Assembly (NCBI GenBank): GCA_009886115.1
Contig: VFJJ01000001.1
Span: forward strand, 1 to 64,000
Length of the DNA: 64,000 bases
Source: Actinomycetota bacterium
GTDB taxonomy: Bacteria; Actinomycetota; Acidimicrobiia; IMCC26256; VFJJ01
Direction of reading: 5' to 3'
Shown piece by piece: positions 47,423-57,073 of the stretch (position 1 is its first letter; the number at the start of each line of letters is the position of its first letter). The translations under genes were made by a program, and so were the position numbers. Under the pieces are notes generated by a model that was not told the DNA's origin, ran no database searches, and saw only the letters and a program-made list of their open reading frames with translations.

Positions 47423-47494
47423 TGTTCCTGGCTTGGGGCTGTCGAAGGCGACATCGGTGAGGCGACTCAGACGCGCTCATGGGAGGATCGACTC

Positions 47495-48001
47495 GTGAAC
47501 GCCGAACGTTCCAGTTCCGAGCTCCGTCGTGCTCCGGCTCTCGACGTCGTCGAATGGTTCAACACGCCGGTGCCCATCAGCATTGACGAGCTGCGCGGGC
47601 GCGTCGTCGTCCTGCACGCGTTCCAGATGCTGTGCCCGGGATGCGTGCTGTCGGGAACCCCGCTCGCCCAACGCATCCACGACCGACTCGCCGGACCCGA
47701 CCTCGTGGTGATCGCCGTGCACACCGTCTTCGAGCACCACGAGGCGATGACGCCGGTCTCGTTGGCGGCGCACCTCCACGAGTTCCGGATCACCATGCCG
47801 GTAGCCGTCGACCGCCATCCTGAGCCCGGTGGCGCGCCCGCCACGATGACCGCGTACGCCATGCGCGGCACGCCCACGTTGGTTGTGGTCGATCGCGCCG
47901 GGCGCATCCGTCACCACCTCTTCGGCGCCGTCGATGAGCTGGAGCTCGGCGTGGCCCTGGGTCGGCTGCTCGCGGAGCCGGCGCCGACCGATCAGTCCTG
48001 A
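47495..48001 (+). CDS. Redoxin/TlpA-like thioredoxin-fold protein
   Basis: FQMLCPGC CxxC, HTVFEHH, GTPT. Confidence 0.88.
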   Translation: MNAERSSSELRRAPALDVVEWFNTPVPISIDELRGRVVVLHAFQMLCPGCVLSGTPLAQRIHDRLAGPDLVVIAVHTVFEHHEAMTPVSLAAHLHEFRITMPVAVDRHPEPGGAPATMTAYAMRGTPTLVVVDRAGRIRHHLFGAVDELELGVALGRLLAEPAPTDQS

Positions 48002-48039
48002 GCCGTCGCCAGGCTGCCTGCGGCGCACGTCCCGGTCCC

Positions 48040-48074
48040 GGGTTGTGGGTTGTGGGTTGCGGGTTGTGGGTTGC
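48040..48074. repeat. Tandem repeat 5 x 7 bp (GGGTTGY)
   Basis: Five consecutive units, intergenic. Confidence 0.85.
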
Positions 48075-48174
48075 GGGTGGACCGGAAGCGCTGCAGCGCG
48101 CAGCTGACTCGGTGTCGAACCTCGGCGACGTCTCCGGTACCGTCGGGATGTCCACTGACGACAAGGACGGGCGC

Positions 48175-50346
48175 ATGCCGATCGCAATCACCGACGAGCA
48201 TCGGGAGATGGCCGATGTCGTGCGGGCGTTGTTCGAGACCCGGTATCAGGCCGAAGCGCGCCGGGCCGTCGATGGCGAGATGGCCCTCCCAGGCTCGTGG
48301 GGCGAAGTGGCGGGGCTGGGCTGGCTGGGCCTGCACCTGCCGGAGCGCCACGGCGGCTCGGGCTATGGCCTGTTCGAGCTCGCGGTCGTGGTCGCCGAAC
48401 TGGGCCGCCATTGTGCGCCGGGTCCGTTCCTCCCGACCGTGGTGCTCTCAGCCGTGGTTGGCAGGTTCGGCTCCGAGGCGCTCCAGGCCGAGCTGCTCCC
48501 CGGGCTGGCCGACGGGTCGCGAGCAGGTGGTCTGGGACTGTGGGGCGCGGCGTCGATCGTCGATGGCGTGCTGGGCGGATCGGCCGGGCCGGTGCTCGGG
48601 GCCGATCTATCTTCGACGGTCCTTTTGGCTGTGGGCGACGATCTCGTCGTCGTCGACACCCCGAACTCGGGGGTGACCGTCGGCGACCGGGAGAGCATCG
48701 ACCTCACCCGTCCGTGTCCGCCGGTCGCGCTGACGGGGGTGGCTGTGGCCGACGCTCGGGTGCTCACCGGAGCGGCGGCATGGGCACGGGATCTGTTTCG
48801 GGTGCTCGCCGCGGCCGAGGCCGCTGGGGGTGCACACGCCTGCGTCGCCATGGCGAGCGGCTACGCCATCGACCGCACGGCGTTCGGTCGCCCGATCGGT
48901 CAGTTCCAAGCGGTCAAGCACCACTGCGCCAACATGCTCGTGGCCGCCGAGATGGCCACGGCGGCCGCCTGGGATGGCGCCCGAGCCGCCGACAGCGCGC
49001 AGGCCGGCGCGGCCGATGGTCCCACGGCCGACGAGCTCCCGCTGGCGGCGGCGGTGGCAGCCAGCGTGGCGCTGAACGCGTACTCGGAGTGCGCCAAGCT
49101 CAACGTCCAGGTGCACGGCGGCATCGGTTACACGTGGGAGCACGACGCCCACCTCCATCTGCGGCGGGCGACGGCCCTGGCCGCCTTGGCCGGACCGGTG
49201 GCTGCCGCCCGTCAACAGGTCGCGGATCTCGTCGCCGGGGGAGCGCGGCGCACGCTGGCGGTCGACCTTCCCCCCGAGGCCGAGCCGATGCGAGCCGAGG
49301 TGCGAGCCTTCGCTGAGCGCTTCAACGCCCTCGGTCCGGCCGAAGGCTCTCGCCTCCTGGTCGAGGAGGGCTACCTGTTCCCGCATTGGCCTCGGCCGTG
49401 GGGGAGGGGTGCAGGCCCGGTCGAGCAACTCGTGATCGACGAGGGGCTGGCGGGCATCGACCGGATGGCCGGGTTCCCGATCACCTCGTGGACCTGGCCG
49501 ATCGTGCTGCCCACCATCATCCGGCATGGCACCGAAAGCCAGCGCGAGCGGTGGATCGGCCCCACCTTCGACGCGGCGGTGACGTGGTGCCAGCTCTTCA
49601 GCGAGCCCGGGGCGGGCAGCGACCTGGCTGCGCTGGCGACCAGGGCCGTCCGCACCGACGGGGGCTGGCTCGTCACGGGGGCCAAGGTCTGGACCAGCAC
49701 GGCCCAGTTCGCCAATCTGGGTTTCGCCTTGGTGCGCACCGATCCCGCGGCGTCGGCGCATCACGGCATCACGTGCATGGCCATCGACATGACGGCGCCA
49801 GGGATGACCGTCATACCGCTGCGGGAGATGACCGGTGGCGAGATGTTCAGCCAGGAGTTCCTCGACGAGGTGTTCGTCCCCGACGAGAACGTCATCGGCG
49901 AGGTGAACAAGGGGTGGGCCGTCGCCCGCACGACCTTGGGAAACGAACGTGTCTCGCTCGGTTCAGCCACGGAGCACGAGATCCTGACCGACTTCGCGGG
50001 CGCGCTCGACCTGAACGATTCGTCCCTCGCCGTCGACCTCGGAGCTCTGCTCGCCGAGTCGTTCGCACTGCAAGCATTGAATCTGCGTCAGGCCACCCGT
50101 GCGGTCGGCGGGGGCGAACCGGGTGCTGAGGGCAACATCACCAAGCTGGTGCACGCCGAGCATGTGCAGCGGATCGCCGACTTCACCGTTCGGGCCGTGG
50201 GGTCCGAGGCCCTCTACGCCGACGGTCCCGGGAGCCGGATCCTGACCGCTCGAGCCGGCACCATCGCCGGCGGCACGTCGGAGATCGTGCGCAACACCAT
50301 CGCCGAACGCCTCCTCGGGCTGCCACGCGATCCCCGCCCGCGCTGA
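48175..50346 (+). CDS. Two-domain fused acyl-CoA dehydrogenase (FadE34/ChsE3-type architecture)
   Basis: First domain FGRPIGQFQAVKH...HGGIG; second domain WCQLFSEPGAGSDLA, KVWTS, TIAGGTSE. Confidence 0.92.
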   Translation: MPIAITDEHREMADVVRALFETRYQAEARRAVDGEMALPGSWGEVAGLGWLGLHLPERHGGSGYGLFELAVVVAELGRHCAPGPFLPTVVLSAVVGRFGSEALQAELLPGLADGSRAGGLGLWGAASIVDGVLGGSAGPVLGADLSSTVLLAVGDDLVVVDTPNSGVTVGDRESIDLTRPCPPVALTGVAVADARVLTGAAAWARDLFRVLAAAEAAGGAHACVAMASGYAIDRTAFGRPIGQFQAVKHHCANMLVAAEMATAAAWDGARAADSAQAGAADGPTADELPLAAAVAASVALNAYSECAKLNVQVHGGIGYTWEHDAHLHLRRATALAALAGPVAAARQQVADLVAGGARRTLAVDLPPEAEPMRAEVRAFAERFNALGPAEGSRLLVEEGYLFPHWPRPWGRGAGPVEQLVIDEGLAGIDRMAGFPITSWTWPIVLPTIIRHGTESQRERWIGPTFDAAVTWCQLFSEPGAGSDLAALATRAVRTDGGWLVTGAKVWTSTAQFANLGFALVRTDPAASAHHGITCMAIDMTAPGMTVIPLREMTGGEMFSQEFLDEVFVPDENVIGEVNKGWAVARTTLGNERVSLGSATEHEILTDFAGALDLNDSSLAVDLGALLAESFALQALNLRQATRAVGGGEPGAEGNITKLVHAEHVQRIADFTVRAVGSEALYADGPGSRILTARAGTIAGGTSEIVRNTIAERLLGLPRDPRPR

Positions 50347-50373
50347 GATCGGCCCCGGTTGGTCGGTCGATCC

Positions 50374-50435
50374 TTTACGGATAGTGCGCCGTCCGGCAGA
50401 ATCACCACACGCGGCGCAACTGACAGTTATGTCAA
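50374..50435 (+). promoter_or_regulatory. Putative promoter plus operator motif YTGAC-N6-GTCAR (copy 2)
   Basis: TTTACG-17 bp-CAGAAT (50374-50402), followed by CTGACAGTTATGTCAA (50420-50435). Confidence 0.6.
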
Positions 50436-50453
50436 CTCATCCGGAGGCGCATC

Positions 50454-51808
50454 ATGGCAACAGATATCGCGGTCGACGGCGAGACGCAGAAGGTCGTCGA
50501 CTGGCTCACGGACAACGTCGGCGGGAAGGTCGTCTCCATCGCCCGGCAGCCGCGGTGGCGCCCGCAGTGGATCGCCGATGTTGAACGAGACGGCGAGACC
50601 CTGCCCCTCATGGTGCGGGGCGAGCGCTACGACATGGAGCTGACCTGGTCGCTCGAGCACGAGATGAACTTCCAAAAGACGATGGGGGACATCGGCGTCG
50701 CCGTACCCCACGTGTGGGTTGGATCGACAACCCGACCGCGTTCGTCATGGACCGGGTACCCGGCCAATCCGACTTCAAGAACACCTCCGACGTCGATCGT
50801 GATCGTGTGGTCGACGAGTATCTCCAGCAGCTCGCCATCTTGCATACGCACGACGTGACCCCGTTCGTCGAGGCCGGGATCGACCGGGCCGCACGCCCGG
50901 AAGATTCCGCGATGCTCAGCATCGAACGCATGAACACCATGTTCCGCAAGCAGAAGGTGGGCCACGACCCGCTGATCGAGTTCTTCCTCGGCTGGATGAA
51001 TCGGCACGAGCCGCAGAGCCACGGTCGAGAGAGCGCCGTCGTGTGGGACTCGGGGCAGCTCATGCACCACGACGGGCACATCGTTGCCGTGATCGACGTC
51101 GAGCTCGGCCACATCGGCGATCCGATGGTCGATCTCGCCGGGTGGCGCATGCGCGACAGCATCGTGCCGTTCGGCCATTTCCCCTCGATCTACGCCCGCT
51201 ACGGCGAGCTGGTCGGCCAGCCCGTCGACATCGAGGCCATCGAGCTCCACCACATCTACTTCACGCTGTCGAACCAGCTCGGTTTCTCGCACGCGCGGCT
51301 GAACCCGCCCGAGAACACCGACCTGGCCACCAACATGCAGTGGTGCAACGAGACCAACCTCTACGCGACCGAGGCGTTGGCCGAGCATCTCGACATCGAG
51401 CTCCCGACGATCGAGCTCCCGAGCGAAGAGGACACGCGAGCCGGCGCCGCTTTCGAGTATCTCGTGCGCACGCTCTCCACCTTGCAGGTCGACGACGAGT
51501 ACGCCCGCTACAAGCTGCGGGGGGCGTTCCGCATCGCCCGGCACGTCCACCGCCACGACCAGATCGGGCGCGACCTCGAGAACGCCAACCTCGATGATCT
51601 CCATCAGCTCCTGGGCAAGCGCCCCGACGGATGGCGTGAAGGCGACCGGCTCCTCGAGGAGTGGGTGCTGGCCAACAACGGCGACGGCCGACACGACGGG
51701 ACTCTCTGCGTGTTGTTCCACAAGCGCAACCTGCGGGCCCAGATGCTCAACGGCCCCTTGGGCTCGGCCATGGCCCGCCACATCCCCATCCAGTCGTTTC
51801 GCGCCTGA
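50454..51808 (+). pseudogene. APH-like phosphotransferase with a single-base frameshift near 50715
   Basis: ORFs 50454-50858 and 50714-51808 join as VPHVWGWIDNP if one G is restored in gtgtgggttgg; paralog of 8890-10323. May be a sequencing error. Confidence 0.8.
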
Positions 51809-51828
51809 CCCGACCCGCGCCTGACCCG

Positions 51829-51879
51829 CGTTCTTTGTGTCCAGGGTCACGCCCAGAGCGGTCGTGGACACAAAGAACG
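51829..51879. terminator. Long inverted repeat between convergent genes (family B copy 2)
   Basis: Perfect 15-bp arms CGTTCTTTGTGTCCA / TGGACACAAAGAACG. Confidence 0.7.
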
Positions 51880-51886
51880 AGGTATT

Positions 51887-53023
51887 TCAGGTGCTGGTGA
51901 GCAGCATGGCTCCGGCGAAGGGGCCGACGGCGTTGGCCCAGACGGCCACCTCGGCGCCGGGAACCTGACGATCGCCGCACTGCCCGCGCAGCTGGCGAGT
52001 GGCCTCGATGCAGAAGTTGGCGCCGTGGCGGCGGCCGACATTGCACGCGCCACCATCGGTGTTGACGGGCAGGCTGCCACCCAGGCGGGTGTGGCCCTCG
52101 GCGATGAACGGCCCGGCTGCACCGGGCTCGCAGAGTCCCAGCGCTTCGAGCCACTGGAAGGTGATGACGCTGAAACCGTCGTAGAGCTGCGCCGTGTCCA
52201 CGTCGCTCGGCCGAAGGTCTGTGCGCGACCAGAGCTGCTCGGCACAGTGCACCGGCGCGGTGTGCGACATGTCGGCCATGACCTCGAAGTTCATGTCGTG
52301 CACCGCCGAGAGCGCCATGGCGTCGACGAGCACGGCAGGCTGGCGGAGGTCGCGGGCGCGCTCCTCGGTCGTGAAGATGACAGCCGATCCGGAGTCGCAC
52401 GGGTAGTCGCAGTCGAGCAGGCGCAGCGGCTTGCTGATGTACGGCGCCGCGAGATACTCGGCTGCTGAGAGGGGTGTGCGCTGCAGTGCGTTTTCGTTGC
52501 GTGTGGCGTGCTCGCGTTGGATCGACGCGAACTCGGCGAAGTGCTCCTCGGTGGCGTCGGAATCGTACAGATAGCGGTTCATCATGAGACCGGCCCACTG
52601 GGTGGGGCTGAAGTTCCCGAAGGGATACAGGAACTGGGTGTCCTCGGAGCTGGTCGCTCCGAGCATCGCCTCTCCGGACGCGAGGGTCGCGCTCGACGGC
52701 TGCTGCATCATGATGCGAAACGCGATGCAGGTATCGCTCTGACCCGTTGCCACCGCCATGGCAGCGTGAATGGCCGGCGTGACGAACGCGGGCGAGACAC
52801 CGACGTTCAGGTGCCAGCGCAAGGGGTTCATCCCGAGCATGTACGCGAAGTCGATGGCGTCGCCGCCCCAGGTGGTGGAGCCGTCGATGTCGGCGGCCGT
52901 CAAACCGGCGTCGTCGAGCGCGGCGATAGCGGCCTGGGCGGCGTGGTGGCGTTCACTCAAGCCGGTGTGCCGGCCGACGCGCGAGTAACCGACCCCGACG
53001 ATGGCCACGCGCCGGGACTTCAT
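51887..53023 (-). CDS. SCP2-type thiolase-family protein (Ltp-like)
   Basis: VAIVGVG, LRLLDCD, QLYDGF, VNTDGG, RHG. Confidence 0.9.
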   Translation of the reverse strand: MKSRRVAIVGVGYSRVGRHTGLSERHHAAQAAIAALDDAGLTAADIDGSTTWGGDAIDFAYMLGMNPLRWHLNVGVSPAFVTPAIHAAMAVATGQSDTCIAFRIMMQQPSSATLASGEAMLGATSSEDTQFLYPFGNFSPTQWAGLMMNRYLYDSDATEEHFAEFASIQREHATRNENALQRTPLSAAEYLAAPYISKPLRLLDCDYPCDSGSAVIFTTEERARDLRQPAVLVDAMALSAVHDMNFEVMADMSHTAPVHCAEQLWSRTDLRPSDVDTAQLYDGFSVITFQWLEALGLCEPGAAGPFIAEGHTRLGGSLPVNTDGGACNVGRRHGANFCIEATRQLRGQCGDRQVPGAEVAVWANAVGPFAGAMLLTST

Positions 53024-53457
53024 CGTGAGGCTCCGATCGAGCTTGCGGCTGTGAACACCGGGATCGTCAGCTCGGGCGAGAGGGCCTCGAACGTCACGAC
53101 GAGATCCATACCGGTGTGCAGATCGGCCTCGGCGACATCGACGACGTTCGTCATGAGCATCAGGCCCGCCTGCTCCGCGAGCTCGACTGTGGCGACGACA
53201 TAGGGGAGTCGTGACACGAAGAACGGGTGGAACGCCTTCATGGTGACGGTGTGGGCGTACAGCGTCGCCCGTCCCGACACCACCTCACCGCGGAGGTCGA
53301 ACGAGTGACAGCGGCGACAGACCGGGCGGGGAAGGTGGATGAACGTCCCGCAGGCCTGACAACGCTGAATCCTCAGCTCGCCGGCTGCGGCTCCCTCCCA
53401 GAAGAACGCCGTCAACGGGCTCGGGACCACAGCGGGAGGTGACGGGTGGTCGGTCAT
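53020..53457 (-). CDS. DUF35 Zn-ribbon/OB-fold protein
   Basis: FWEG, CQAC...CRRC, PYVVATVEL; ATGA overlap with the thiolase gene. Confidence 0.92.
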   Translation of the reverse strand: MTDHPSPPAVVPSPLTAFFWEGAAAGELRIQRCQACGTFIHLPRPVCRRCHSFDLRGEVVSGRATLYAHTVTMKAFHPFFVSRLPYVVATVELAEQAGLMLMTNVVDVAEADLHTGMDLVVTFEALSPELTIPVFTAASSIGASR

Positions 53458-53597
53458 CGATCTCCTCAGGGGTACGAGCTGGCCCGGCGCGGCACCGTAC
53501 GCGCCCGAGCAGCACCGTGTCGCACCGTGTCGCACCCGAGCGGATCGGGGGGGCGTTCCATGCGCGTTCAGGCGATGCCAGCGCTAGCGTCCGCCTC

Positions 53598-54212
53598 ATG
53601 GCTGAGCCGCTGTGTGATCCGACAGCTACCGCGGTGTTGTTCGTCGAGTGTCAAAAGGGCCTCCTCGGCGACATCAGCATCATGAAAACGATTCGCGACT
53701 CGGCAGCGCCAGTCATCCCAGCCTTGGGGCGCTTGGCTCGGGGCTCGCGTGAGGCCGGTGCGTGGGTTGCGCATCTCACCTATTTCCCCTTGGCCAACAA
53801 CCGCTCGACGAACCGGCGTCCCCCCTTGTTCAGGCGTCTCAACGACGCCATGGACCCCTGGCACAAGGACCATCCGGCCTGCCAGCCGATCGACGAGATC
53901 GGTGTCGAGCCCCGCGACCTCCTCCTGCCGCGCAATACGGGGCTGTCGCCGACGTACGGGACCGAGACGTTCAAGCTGCTGCGCAACATCGGCGTGACGA
54001 CCATCGTCATGGCGGGTATCTCCGTCAACGTCGCCATCCCGGTCGCAGCGGTGGAGGCGGTCGACGAGGACTTCGACGTGATCATCCCGTCCGACGCGGT
54101 CGCCGGCGCACCGCCCGAGCACGTGGCCTCGATGCTCAAGCACACCTTGCCGTTCATCGCCACGATGACGACCGTCGATGGCCTGCTCGCCGGGTGGGGC
54201 GTCGCGGGCTGA
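53598..54212 (+). CDS. Isochorismatase/cysteine hydrolase family protein
   Basis: TAVLFVECQ, LRNIGVTTIVMAG, SDAVAG; TAGCGT-7 nt-ATG. Confidence 0.85.
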   Translation: MAEPLCDPTATAVLFVECQKGLLGDISIMKTIRDSAAPVIPALGRLARGSREAGAWVAHLTYFPLANNRSTNRRPPLFRRLNDAMDPWHKDHPACQPIDEIGVEPRDLLLPRNTGLSPTYGTETFKLLRNIGVTTIVMAGISVNVAIPVAAVEAVDEDFDVIIPSDAVAGAPPEHVASMLKHTLPFIATMTTVDGLLAGWGVAG

Positions 54213-54308
54213 CCCCCGCGGCTGGGTGCGGCAGATGTGAGTGTCATCCACGCCGGGCTCGCTCTGCAGCGCTCGATCTGCAGCGCGGTACGCAGCGACG
54301 GTGGCGGC

Positions 54309-54893
54309 TCAGGACCGCTCGCCCACATCCAGCTCACGGATGCTCGCCACCACGGGAACATCGTCGCGTCCGACCCAGGAAGGTCGGGCGGCGTGGCCGG
54401 GATCGGGTCGGGCCCAGTCGACCCACGGGCCCCAGTCGAGCCGCGAGACCTTGTGCCTGTGGTCGGGATCGTGAAGCCGACAGGCCTCGTCGTACTCCTT
54501 GGCGAAGGCCTTCATCTCGGCCTTGATCCACCAGTCCTCTTCGGACGACCACTTCCCGTCGCCGGCGTACTGGATGATCTGAAGCGACGGAAACTCGATG
54601 GGAGACCCGCCCGGCTCGGGGTTGTCGGCCCGATTGAGGATCTTGTACACGATTCGGTCGCCATCGATGTTGTACCAGACCAGGGGGTTGTAGACGTGTG
54701 ACGAGAACGACATCGTGCGCTCGAGGAAGTCCTGGATCTCGCGGGGACCCTGGAACCGACCGTAGTAGTGGTCGTGGTAGATGGCGTCGTCGGTGAAGAG
54801 CTGCGACCAGGCGATCCAGTTCTCGGTGAGGGGCCCCGTCCAGAAGTAGTGGCGGAACGCATCCTCGACCTCGGCCCGACCGTGCTCGCTCAT
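54309..54893 (-). CDS. NTF2/SnoaL-like protein
   Basis: LFTDDAIYHDH...GPREI...YAGDGKWSSEEDWW. Confidence 0.85.
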   Translation of the reverse strand: MSEHGRAEVEDAFRHYFWTGPLTENWIAWSQLFTDDAIYHDHYYGRFQGPREIQDFLERTMSFSSHVYNPLVWYNIDGDRIVYKILNRADNPEPGGSPIEFPSLQIIQYAGDGKWSSEEDWWIKAEMKAFAKEYDEACRLHDPDHRHKVSRLDWGPWVDWARPDPGHAARPSWVGRDDVPVVASIRELDVGERS

Positions 54894-54913
54894 CGCTGGT
54901 CCTCTCACTTCCG

Positions 54914-54960
54914 AGTCGTGTGGGGAGATGCTCATGGGGTGAGCAATTCTGCGCACACAG
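54914..54960. repeat. 47-bp palindrome family A (degenerate copy 2)
   Basis: GTGTGGGGAGATGCTCATGGGGTGAGCAATTCTGCGCACAC matches the family A core. Confidence 0.65.
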
Positions 54961-55080
54961 CGGCGAGGGGTGCCGGATTCGTCGCCGGGTGGTTCGATCG
55001 GGGGCGTCATCGTGCACCCGCGCGACACTGACCAAGCGCGTCGCTGGAGCAGCACGGAGAGGTCATCGGGGTGCACGACC

Positions 55081-55884
55081 ATGGGAAAACTCGACGGTAG
55101 GGTCGCGATCGTCACCGGCGCCGGGCGGGGGATCGGACGGGCGATCGCCATCGCCTACGCCCGGGAGGGCGCCTCGGTGGTTGTCGCGTCACGTTCGCAG
55201 GGAACAGTCGACGCCGTGGTGGCCGAGATCACCGAGATCGCCGGGATCGCCGGGGAGCCAGCTGCCGTGCTCGGTGTCACATTCGACGTCGGCGCGCGCG
55301 AGCAGGTGCAGCGGATGGTCGACGAGACCGTCGCACGTTTCGGCACCGTCGACATCCTGGTGAACAACGCCCAGGGCTTCGGCACGCCCGCCGAGCCCCA
55401 GGCCTCGCCGGGGTACATCGCGCTCGAGGACTTTCCCGACGACGCATGGGACCACACGTTCCGGAGTGGGCTCAAGGGCACGCTGTACGCGATGCAGGCG
55501 GTCTTCCCGCACATGCGTGAGCGCGGCGGCAAGATCATCAACTTCGGCTCGGGCAACGGGATCGGCGCCATGAAGGGCACGGCTGCGTACAACGCCACCA
55601 AGGAAGCGATCCGATCGCTCACCCGCACCGCGGCGGCGGAGTGGGGCAAGCACGGGATCTGCGTCAACGTGATCCTGCCCACGATGGTGACCGACTCGGC
55701 CCGTTCGTTCCTCGACAGCCGGCCCGGCATCGAGGACAAGTTGATCGCCCAGATACCCTTGCGGCGTATGGGTGACGTCGATCGCGACATCGGCCCCGTG
55801 GCGGTGTTCCTGGGTTCGAGCGACTCCGACTTCGTCACCGGGCAGACGGTGCACGTCGACGGTGGCCAGATCCTGCGACCGTGA
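55081..55884 (+). CDS. SDR family oxidoreductase
   Basis: TGAGRGIG, NNA, YNATK, VTGQTVHVDGG. Confidence 0.94.
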   Translation: MGKLDGRVAIVTGAGRGIGRAIAIAYAREGASVVVASRSQGTVDAVVAEITEIAGIAGEPAAVLGVTFDVGAREQVQRMVDETVARFGTVDILVNNAQGFGTPAEPQASPGYIALEDFPDDAWDHTFRSGLKGTLYAMQAVFPHMRERGGKIINFGSGNGIGAMKGTAAYNATKEAIRSLTRTAAAEWGKHGICVNVILPTMVTDSARSFLDSRPGIEDKLIAQIPLRRMGDVDRDIGPVAVFLGSSDSDFVTGQTVHVDGGQILRP

Positions 55885-55902
55885 CCGTCCCCCCCCGGCC
55901 CC

Positions 55903-55949
55903 AAATGTGCGCGAAAAAGCTCACCCCATGAACAATTCCGCGCATATTT
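55903..55949. repeat. 47-bp palindrome family A (copy 3)
   Basis: AAATGTGCGCGAAAAAGCTCACCCCATGAACAATTCCGCGCATATTT, flanked by C and G runs, between convergent genes. Confidence 0.78.
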
Positions 55950-55969
55950 GGGGGGGGGTGGCGTCAGCC

Positions 55970-56965
55970 TCAGCGCTCCGGAGCCGGGCTGGGGCGTCGG
56001 CTCTCGGCGAGAAGGAGGTCGCCGATGCCCGCACGGGCCTGCCCGGGCGTGACGCCATCGGGATAGCGGGCTTCGAGCATCCGCCGCATGCCGTCGCGCC
56101 AACCCACCGTGCAGGGTCCGGTCGCGGCTCGCCGGCGGGTCACGTCGAGGGCCACGCCGATCTGGCTGCCCGGTACCGGGTGCACCGAGAGGTGGGCCTC
56201 GACGCCGGCGAGCTCGGCGAGATACGGACACCAATCGTGGGGACCGACGGCGTCGTCGCCGCCCCAGTTGACGATCGTCGCGGGAACCGAAGCCAGGCCG
56301 AGGATGGCAGGAAGCTGCCCGAAGATGTCGTCCTCGTGGATGGGGCTGTAGGGGCACGGGTCGGAACGGACGGCGACGTCCTGCCCGGCGATCATCCAGT
56401 CGAGATGGTACGCGGGAAGCCCGCCCGCCGAGCCGTAGGCCGCGTTCATGCGTGCGATCACCACCGGCATGTTCCAGGCCCGGGCACAGAATCGGGCGAC
56501 GGCCTCCTCGGAGATCTTGCTGATCGCATACGTGGGCGCATGGGGCGAGACCGCGTCGCCGAGGGGGTCGGTCTCCACGTAGAGGTGACGCGGATCGGCG
56601 TGGGGCTTGTAGACGCCCGTGGTCGACATCACCAGCGAGGCCCGGGCTCGGCGGCAGTGCCGGAGCAGGAAGCCGGTGCCTTCCGCGTTCACCCGCAGGG
56701 CGTGGTCGTAGTCGAGACCGGGGCCTTGGAAGGTGGCCAGGTGGAGCACGACCGTGAAGTCGTCGGGCACGTCACTCAGGTCGCCAGCGGCCAGATCGCA
56801 GATCCGGGTCGTGATGCCCGCGACCTCGACACGATCGCGATCGTCGGGCCCGGAGAACCGGGCGATGCCCCAGACCTCGTTGTCGAGCGCGAGACGCGAG
56901 GCCAACGGGAAGGCGATCTGGCCGGCCGGGCCGGTCACGAGGATCTTCTCGCCCTGCAACGACAT
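55970..56965 (-). CDS. NAD-dependent epimerase/dehydratase (extended SDR)
   Basis: VTGPAGQIA, HLA, YAISK. Confidence 0.9.
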   Translation of the reverse strand: MSLQGEKILVTGPAGQIAFPLASRLALDNEVWGIARFSGPDDRDRVEVAGITTRICDLAAGDLSDVPDDFTVVLHLATFQGPGLDYDHALRVNAEGTGFLLRHCRRARASLVMSTTGVYKPHADPRHLYVETDPLGDAVSPHAPTYAISKISEEAVARFCARAWNMPVVIARMNAAYGSAGGLPAYHLDWMIAGQDVAVRSDPCPYSPIHEDDIFGQLPAILGLASVPATIVNWGGDDAVGPHDWCPYLAELAGVEAHLSVHPVPGSQIGVALDVTRRRAATGPCTVGWRDGMRRMLEARYPDGVTPGQARAGIGDLLLAESRRPSPAPER

Positions 56966-57057
56966 GGGTTCCTCCAGAGCGCCGGGCTCCGATCGAGCGC
57001 GTTGACGGTGCACTGTGGCAGTCGGCGCCGTGTGCGTCAACGCCGCTGGGAGCCCGG

Positions 57058-57073
57058 TTGACGGCCCCGTCAA
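57058..57073. promoter_or_regulatory. Operator motif YTGAC-N6-GTCAR (copy 3)
   Basis: TTGACGGCCCCGTCAA with perfect 6-bp arms, between divergent genes. Confidence 0.65.

Noticed and set aside
50705..50725. Programmed ribosomal frameshift
   Set aside because: No slippery heptamer or stimulatory structure is evident, and the paralog at 8890 is a continuous ORF.
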